DNA from: Orbicella franksi
Taxonomy: Eukaryota
Assembly: GCA_964199315.1 (NCBI GenBank)
Contig: OZ116698.1
Coordinates: 42,222,001 to 42,286,000, forward strand
Length of the DNA stretch: 64,000 nucleotides
Direction of reading: 5' to 3'
In this document: one piece after another, positions 56,401 to 64,000 of the stretch
Layout: every line of letters begins with the position of its first letter
How positions within the stretch are numbered: the first letter of the stretch is position 1
Notes under the pieces: generated by a model
Told to the model about the DNA's origin: nothing
The model's database searches: none
What the model saw: the letters and a program-made list of their open reading frames with translations, nothing else
Made by a program: the position numbers and the translations under genes

Positions 56401-59400
56401 GTTTGTCAACAAGAAAGGGCATATGACTTTCCTATGCTTTGGGTTCACAACTTACCTCAAGAGACAATACATGCTTCAAGTAGCTGACAGATTTCATTAG
56501 CCCTTGCACAACTGATCTCACCTAAAAGTCAAAAAAGACATGGAAAACATTTTCCCTGTTTTTCTGTAAAGCTGTAGACTGAAACACTCAGTTTAGGAGC
56601 ACAATCACACACAGCATTTCTTGTTATACCAAACTTCCACTTGTGTATAAGTATAAGTACTGTTGATAGAAACATCAGGTCCAGGATTGTGATGTACCTC
56701 TTGTTGCTTTTTCCTGCTCAGGTCTGGCATGTGGGACATAATATTCTCCTCTGTTAAATCTTCTCGGATAATCTTCTTGAGGGGAGGCTAAAATGTGCAA
56801 CAAATATTCTGACTTATGTAATGATACATCAATCAGATCAATAGCTACGTGCACCACGCACAGGCAAGTAATGCTTTTCAATCGCTGCAACAAAATGCAA
56901 AAAAATATAATTTTTGGCTTGCCCTTTGGGAGTTTGATGATCCACAATGTTTGTTTTCAGCAGAGGTAAATTTGTCTCAAATTTAACCACTGCCTCAGAA
57001 AATGGCGGTTGAGTGCCTGAGCCATTTTCCACTATTGGAACGCGAGTTGGAGACTGCTCTCATGAATGGAGAATCCTGGCAACCCAGCCCAGAGCCCCCA
57101 CACGGAAGAAGAAAAAATGGCACCTGTCACATTCTTTTTGATAAAACAGCAGAAAGAGTGGGGGATGGGGTAGACAGCCTATGAAAGAAGCCCATGTTCA
57201 AGAAAACATTCACTAAACGCAAACTACAACAACATACGTGGAACCCTGGTGCAAGTGAATATTTAAATGCAGCTGAATGCAAAGGTCAGGCTAATTTCTT
57301 GATGTTGTTAACTCCATTAAATTGCATTTCTCTGCATTATTCTGTTACAGACACTAAAATACCAAATATTGCAGATAAATGCATAGTAGCATGGTAAAGA
57401 AAAACAGTGGCTATTTTGCCATTGCACCTAGGTAGTAACTTCTAGGAACATGTTCAGCAACTAGAATTTAGCATGGAGAACATGAGCCTTAGTGAGGAGA
57501 CCTCATAAAATATCTGGTGATGTGAATATCATGCATCCCATCCCCAGGGTCTCTTTTTTTCCTACGCCCTAGAATGAGACAAAGGGAAGAAGGGCAGGTA
57601 GTTGTGAGACTCTGGGGACAAGGTCGACCATCAACTATACATCAGTTACGTCATGTTAGCAGTAATGTAATGACTCCAACTGAATCTTACCCATGGTGCA
57701 GCAGGGTAGAGGACAGAAAGAGACAACAGGTCTTCACTGCAGTCTCTCAGCATGTCAGTCACTGTTGTCATATGACCTGCTAATCTGTCTCTGATTGGCT
57801 GTGATATGTGTTCACTGGTTAAGATCCCTGAAGGTTGGTGTTGAAGCATTTCATTCAGACACACCATGTTCTTGTACAGCTTACAGAGCTTGGATTCTAG
57901 TCTAGACTGGAGAGGATTATCATATTTCATTCTTGGGCAGGTACTTTCACAGCTACTAACAGGTAACAGGTGACAGACAACTCTAACCCTTACTTGGACT
58001 TCTACCCCTTAGGTTGCAGTCCATGTACAAGCTTGCCTGGCAGCCTATCAGGCCAGCACACAATCTAAGCCAGGTGTTTAAATAGGTACTGGCAAATTAA
58101 ATGCCGGGGGTTACCCTGCAATGGACTATCATTCCATCCAGGGGGGAGTAGAAATACTGCTGGTCGGTTGATGCTACAGAAACTGCGATAAGCTAGCCCA
58201 AGACGGACCACTTGGCCCGACGCATACTTTACATTGAGGTAAATATTTGGTGATTTGTCCATAACCTAATAAGAACTCAATTTCATCCACTGTGATATAT
58301 TAAAAGACTGAAGCAACCCTTTCTAGGGCTAACTAATTCTCTAGAGTTTAACTGACTCTCTAGATTAATACCTCACCACATGCTTCAAGTTAAGATGGTC
58401 CACTTTGCCACTACAACAGTCCAACAATGTCAAGGCTTGATCTTCACCACTTTTGGACTGTTTCAGAAAATCACTCATGTACACAGCTGGCAGAGAAAGA
58501 TCGTCAGTTTCTGCAATCTTAGAAAATGGAAGAATCAGAGAGAGATTATTGTAAGTTATTGTAATATTGTAATAATTATTGTAATTTTCCAATTACATAC
58601 ATACCTCTTTGTTTTTATATAAATCAAGCCTTGCTCCTTCTACTTTGTATTCTAAATTCTGCACATATTCACGTGCTACTGTTATGTAATTTGAGGAATC
58701 GTCTGATGAATGAAGACTCCTGCAAGAAGCATTTACAAAAAAATAATTTACAACATCTGGCACAAACTTAACAAAGAGAAACTCATTTCACAACATTTTC
58801 ATCAACTAATAAACATATGTATGTAAATACCATGTAATTAATCCAAATTTAGTTGAAATTCAGTTGAAAAAGATCTTAATAAAAAAACAGTTTTAAAAAT
58901 TACAAGACAAGCACAGTAACTGCTAAAAATAACATCTACAACAAATACATCATATTATTTAATTTCATAAATTAAAATTAATTTTGATTTTCATATGAAA
59001 TGCAATAGTGTGTACCTCAAGATCTCCTTTAGGTTTAAAAGTTTATTTTCAACTTGCAGGAAAACATTCCTTCTGGCTTGTAATGCACTGGATTGAAGAA
59101 GAACCTGGAAACACAAATGTAAATTTTAAAAATAAAAAAGAACATTTAGGGGAGGAGAGTTAATCAACGCTAAGGAGAAGTACCATGTAGTACCAAAACC
59201 TTAAAATTGTCTGGAAATGAGGTATCTGCTTTCCTTTTACACTGTAATCACTGTCAAGAGGCACAGGACGCTAACTGTACACTATACATGACAAATTCTA
59301 TACGATACTTTTAACTTCCATTCATGTATTGTAATACTTCTAATGGTAGATGATATTGGTACTTATAGGCAATCTGAATTTAATAAATTTTCAAACATTG

Positions 59401-61654
59401 CTCCAAGCAAGTATCAATGTCAAGAAACATTATAAATTGTACAGTTGTGTGCAAAAGAATACCTGGTCTGACTTCACGATTAACCAGACTAATATAACAC
59501 ATCTATTTTTTCTCCTTCACTTTTCTTTAAAACATAACAGTTGATTTTTCTACAAAGGTGAAGCAGTTTTTAATTTTCAGTGTGAAACCAATTTACCTTA
59601 GTATAGTCTACTAGCTTATAAAAAATTTGCACAACCAGTCACAAAGTTTCTTTGTTCAAAACAGTTTGAAGGGCACCCCTGAAATAAAATTTCAACTAGT
59701 AAATGATTCTAAATTACAGGGTAATACGACACCATACTTGATATAACTTTTTAAAAATTTTAGAGTAATGAAGTCCCTTACCTGTCTCTCGAGTTGTATA
59801 ACTTGTGACTTCAGCAAGTTCACTCTTCTTTCATCAAATTTCTCCATTGGCACCTCCTCCACAAGCTGTTTATAAAGAGACCTGCAGTGTCCAATATATT
59901 CAGTTTAGAAAATAGCCCCCAAAAAATATGCACGCTGATTGGTTTAAAATCATGTTTCTATAACTTGGTGTAATGCTGGCACGAGCAAAGAGAATTTACA
60001 TTTTAATGATCAAAGTAAACAAGTTATTTTTCTTTTTTTCACTGCAGTATTTTCTAAAAGAAATAGAAAAAAAGGTCTCTGTGTTTCTGTCAAGTTATAG
60101 AAACACTCATGAAAATTTGGGAGAACTCGAAAAACTGTGGAAACACTCACCTAATGGTTCTTGTTCCCATAGCATTTCTGGTTCTCCCAAACTTTCACTT
60201 ATGTTTCTAATTAACTCAATAGAAACAGGCACATGTTCTCTATTTCCTAAACAATGATTATACAACTCAACTCCTGAATTTGATTATCACAGTCTACTTG
60301 CTCTTATTTTCTACAAGCCATATGTAGTAAACTTGCATGCACCCTTCCAACTATTCAACTACACATTACAAGTATCAAGCTTGTGGCTTGCTTGTTAAAC
60401 TTAGTAACTTCCCCTCACAATAGCTCAGACAAACAAAGGCAAAGATTTCCCACAGACTATGACTAGCTTGTTTATATTTATCTTTGCCTAGAAACAGCTT
60501 ACCTAATGAAGAGTAGCTCTGCTTTAAGTTCACTATTTTCTCTTTTCAGAGTCTAAAAGAGATGAAATAGAAGTTATGTTTCATTCCCATCACTCCAGAC
60601 AAACATAGTCATATGTAGTCAATTACTTTAGACTAACCTTTTAAATGATCCATTAATTATAGCGCGTATCCCTTGCGATCAAGTGATCACAGGTTACTTA
60701 AATGGGGCAGATATAAGGAATTCAGAGCAGGTTGGTCAAACCCCCTAAATTAAAAAAAATGAGACGTACATGTAACATGCTGACATGACCTTAGCATCCC
60801 AAAAATCACATTTCCAAAGACCTCAAAGTAAAAATTTTTTCCAGGGGATGGTGTCCCCCCACCCCCACGAGGGAATGCCTTCAGCAGTACCTATCTCAAA
60901 TCCCCTTCTCTGTAATCCTGTATCTGCCCCAGCTTAACCCTTAGGTATCACATCTCCACAACCAGTCATGAGTGTTTGTTGTCATCTTATGGTATGAATT
61001 TGCTCTTTGATTACACAGTTCTGAAAATGTTTTGATTTTGTCATCATCATTATCAAAACTACAGTCCAAAATCAAAATAAATCCACAATAACTGCACTGT
61101 ATACATAGCATGGCCTAGCATCAGTAGACAGAGTGTAAATCTTTTGATAGCCATACCTCCAACTCTTGTTGGCATTTTTGTAACAGTCTGTCTTTCACTC
61201 CAGTAGGTGTCTGTGTGTCTAAAGTTGACAGCCTGATAGCACTTGCATTTCTAGATGACGTCCCTTTGAAATCTGTGGTATATGCATTACTACTTGGGGA
61301 TCCTGCAACCCTTGTCTGGGAAATTATTTAAGAAATTATATATAGCTAAGAAAGTTAAGCTTATATGGTTTTCTGCTTTCATATGAAAGGATATGTCTTG
61401 CAAGCTAAAATCTCATATTTCTATTTTAGCATGTTTCAAAGGAAAGCGATTGTGTGGTGAAACTGAAAGGCGAGGCAGCTCATTTCTTATTAATACCAGA
61501 CAAGCAAGTTGATCGTCAAAGATTTAGAACTCAAGATCAAGGAAATAAGTCACATTGGTTCACTCACCCTGGCAGTAACATTTCTTGTTTTGTTTACATG
61601 GCTAGAGCTTGAACTAAATGATGAAGGTCGACTGGACATGGGAGTTTTCTTCAT
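53410..61654 (-). CDS. Uncharacterised helical/coiled-coil protein, about 557 aa
   Basis: Exons 61654-61568, 61315-61157, 60552-60503, 59881-59782, 59104-59016, 58719-58605, 58517-58372, 57955-57691, 56787-56698, 56521-56456, 55560-55472, 55054-54996, 54913-54822, 54462-54411, 53624-53410. All are GT-AG, phases match and the sum is 1674 nt. The start codon is uncertain because an upstream exon probably exists near 61700-61800. Confidence 0.85.
53960..54222 (-). mobile_element. tRNA-derived SINE (Nin/Deu-domain-like)
   Basis: On the minus strand: tRNA-like head with B box ggttcaagtacc (54180-54169), central aaatacccaactggtctgtctcttgccagtgggga, 3' ggggagtggtcaattaa and a (TATT)n tail. Confidence 0.65.
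55722..55813. mobile_element. Palindromic MITE, internally deleted copy 3 of the 33513 family
   Basis: aaaggtggataatgctatcca...tggatagggttatctacctttt. Confidence 0.6.
55935..56174. mobile_element. TTAA-flanked MITE (Kolobok-like), copy 2
   Basis: ttaaaggagctcagtc and gactgagctcctttaa form a perfect 16-bp inverted pair including TTAA. It is homologous to 17796-18036. Confidence 0.85.
58071..58232 (+). mobile_element. 5'-truncated SINE-like fragment (Meta/V-domain-like)
   Basis: caggtgtttaaataggtactgg...ccctgcaatggact...ccatccaggggggagtagaaatact. The domain naming is recalled resemblance, not a search result. Confidence 0.55.
59908..60260. mobile_element. Dispersed palindromic repeat
   Basis: Inner inverted arms gaaaatttgggagaac and gttctcccaaactttc. 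It shares segments with 2390-2440 and 2640-2675. Confidence 0.55.
60703..60931. mobile_element. MITE with GGGGCAGAT termini
   Basis: tggggcagatataaggaattcagag and ctctgtaatcctgtatctgcccca. Confidence 0.65.
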
Positions 61655-62140
61655 CGAGAGTGTCTTAAAAATGATAATTATTATTCTGATTTTACGAAAA
61701 AATCAGTCACAACAACATTACTGCTCGCGGTCGCCCATGGATTTTTGTTCGTTTTGCCACCCGCCATTTTGTTTTGTTGCAGGCAGAGAAGAAGACTGGA
61801 AACTAATGGCGGGAACAGCATCAAAATTCGCGCACAAGGTCCAAACGAAAGAAATCGAGAGACCGTGACTTGTTGTCCAACTTCAATTAAGGTTTTACTC
61901 TTTACACAGTTCACTGACACATGACAACTGCTTTTAGTTTGCTAACACTCTTCTAGCTGCTGCATCAGAGCGAGTTTTTTTGTCTTTCATTACTTAGAAA
62001 ATCCATTCTTTAGTAGCCAAGGAAGAACAATGGAGGATTACATTGAGGCATCGTTCATACGTCAACACTGAACAAAATAGTTAGCGTTTTTATGTGAGCT
62101 AGTAATTAGTGACGCCTTTTCTCGCATAAAATGGCATTTT

Positions 62141-62406
62141 GAGCACCGAGAGTTTGAGTGACAACCAAGAAGTTCCCAAGCGTTAGTCTGATCAGACGGC
62201 CTGGTTCGTCACGACTGCCTCAAGGGAAGGGGAACATGAATGCGTGTGTCTGACTACAGTAGCTTTCTCTGTTGAGGCTCCCCAGAGTAGTGGCCCGCGA
62301 GAACGTCCGGTGAGCATCTCTCTAGGCCATCATGGCCAGAGAAGAGGTGGGGGCCGGGATAGAAACCGGGAGTTCTTAGGTTCTGCGAAGTGAGGTACTC
62401 CTGCTC
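62141..62406 (+). other. GC-rich, highly foldable segment: candidate PFKFB 5' exon or unassigned structured RNA
   Basis: Nested helices found by eye: 62141-45/62402-06, 62163-77/62368-82, 62217-30/62263-78, 62292-96/62351-55, 62315-28/62334-49. Plus-strand donors at 62310, 62347 and 62395. Strand is uncertain. Confidence 0.35.
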
Positions 62407-62850
62407 TTCCGTTCCGTGAAAATTCCGTTTTGTCTCTACTTTGCATTTTACCTATGTTGCTTGCACTCTTTTACGTGTCTACACCGTGCGCGTGTAAAAG
62501 TGCGTTCCTTTTGGGTAATCTGGATTACTGATCCAAGACGATCATGATACATCAAATAGGCCGATAAATCCACTCTAGTCACGGTTTCATGCACCCTGAT
62601 CTGAGTGATCTCACTCGAACGCGTATTTCGCGGGTTAAGGGAAGAGCCACAAGCAGCTACCTTATTTCACCCTATTTCTTTTTCTTCCTTTGTTATCAGG
62701 ATGGGAAAGCACTTTCTGAGCCAAAAGAAGCTTCAGTGTGATCTAAGTAAGTAAAGGTTAAACAGATAGTAAGGTTTGATTGAAATTTTAGCTCAACGCC
62801 ACAGAAGATCCAATATTCATTATTGGTCATTGACTTTTGTAATATTTGGT

Positions 62851-62866
62851 GGCTCTTAAAAGAGCC
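62851..62866 (-). terminator. Histone 3' stem-loop (SLBP site)
   Basis: Minus strand aaaac-GGCTCTTTTAAGAGCC-accaa, 25 nt after the H3 stop. Confidence 0.95.
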
Positions 62867-62891
62867 GTTTTTGTTTTCTTGACGCGTCGGT

Positions 62892-63320
<429 letters not shown>

Positions 63321-63370
63321 CTACACCTTAGGAAAAGAGATGGAAAATGATGAAAGTAACGCTACCGGCG

Positions 63371-63565
63371 ATTTATAAGTTAGCGCCTACATTCATGATT
63401 GGTTTATTTTTCTCAAAGGTGATTGGTCAGAATACTACTTGCTATCTCGTGACTGGTTCCAAAGAACACCTTTTCATTGGTCAGCTTACGCAATTTTCGA
63501 TCCTATTTACATTAGAAGCTTGGCCAACATCGAGAACCACTTGGCAAAGTCCATCTTCCAATTGG
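63371..63565 (-). promoter_or_regulatory. Histone H3 promoter: TATA plus four CCAAT boxes
   Basis: TATAAAT at 63377-63371 and CCAAT (ATTGG on +) at 63398, 63422, 63476 and 63561. Confidence 0.75.
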
Positions 63566-63624
63566 AAGTGTGGGCCATAAATTACTCGCAAAGCGTCATT
63601 TACGACTACCTGAAATTGATATAA

Positions 63625-64000
<376 letters not shown>

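Noticed and set aside
62141-62431. Assignment as RNase P, RNase MRP, 7SK, SRP, telomerase RNA or HDV-like ribozyme
   Set aside because: Diagnostic elements are missing: no CR-I/CR-V P4 pair, no CCCUAA template, no SRP helix 8 motif, only one GAUC, and no P1/P3 nesting. It is kept as unassigned.

Overview
AT-rich eukaryotic animal DNA with spliceosomal introns and many short palindromic repeats. The repeat types suggest a stony coral or related anthozoan (inference, not searched). Seven protein-coding loci were reconstructed by hand with GT-AG introns and consistent phases: Homer (-, runs off the left edge), GOLPH3 (+), a ~3749-aa ten-PDZ PDZD2/IL16-like gene (-), RPL17 (-), a nucleoplasmin-like FKBP (+), an unrecognised ~557-aa coiled-coil gene (-), and a PFKFB 5' part (+, runs off the right edge). 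A solitary stem-loop histone H3 (-) lies just upstream of the PFKFB coding exon. Non-coding items include a minimal Penelope-type hammerhead ribozyme with a core substitution, two near-perfect hairpins, a TTAGGG-containing minisatellite, MITEs, SINE fragments and a highly foldable unassigned GC-rich segment. The best leads are the convergent GOLPH3-PDZD2 pair (as in human), several phase-2 alternative N-terminal exons of Homer, Homer-ligand PPxxF motifs in the neighbouring PDZ protein, and a possible nesting of H3 in PFKFB intron 1. No clearly new biological system is demonstrated from sequence alone.
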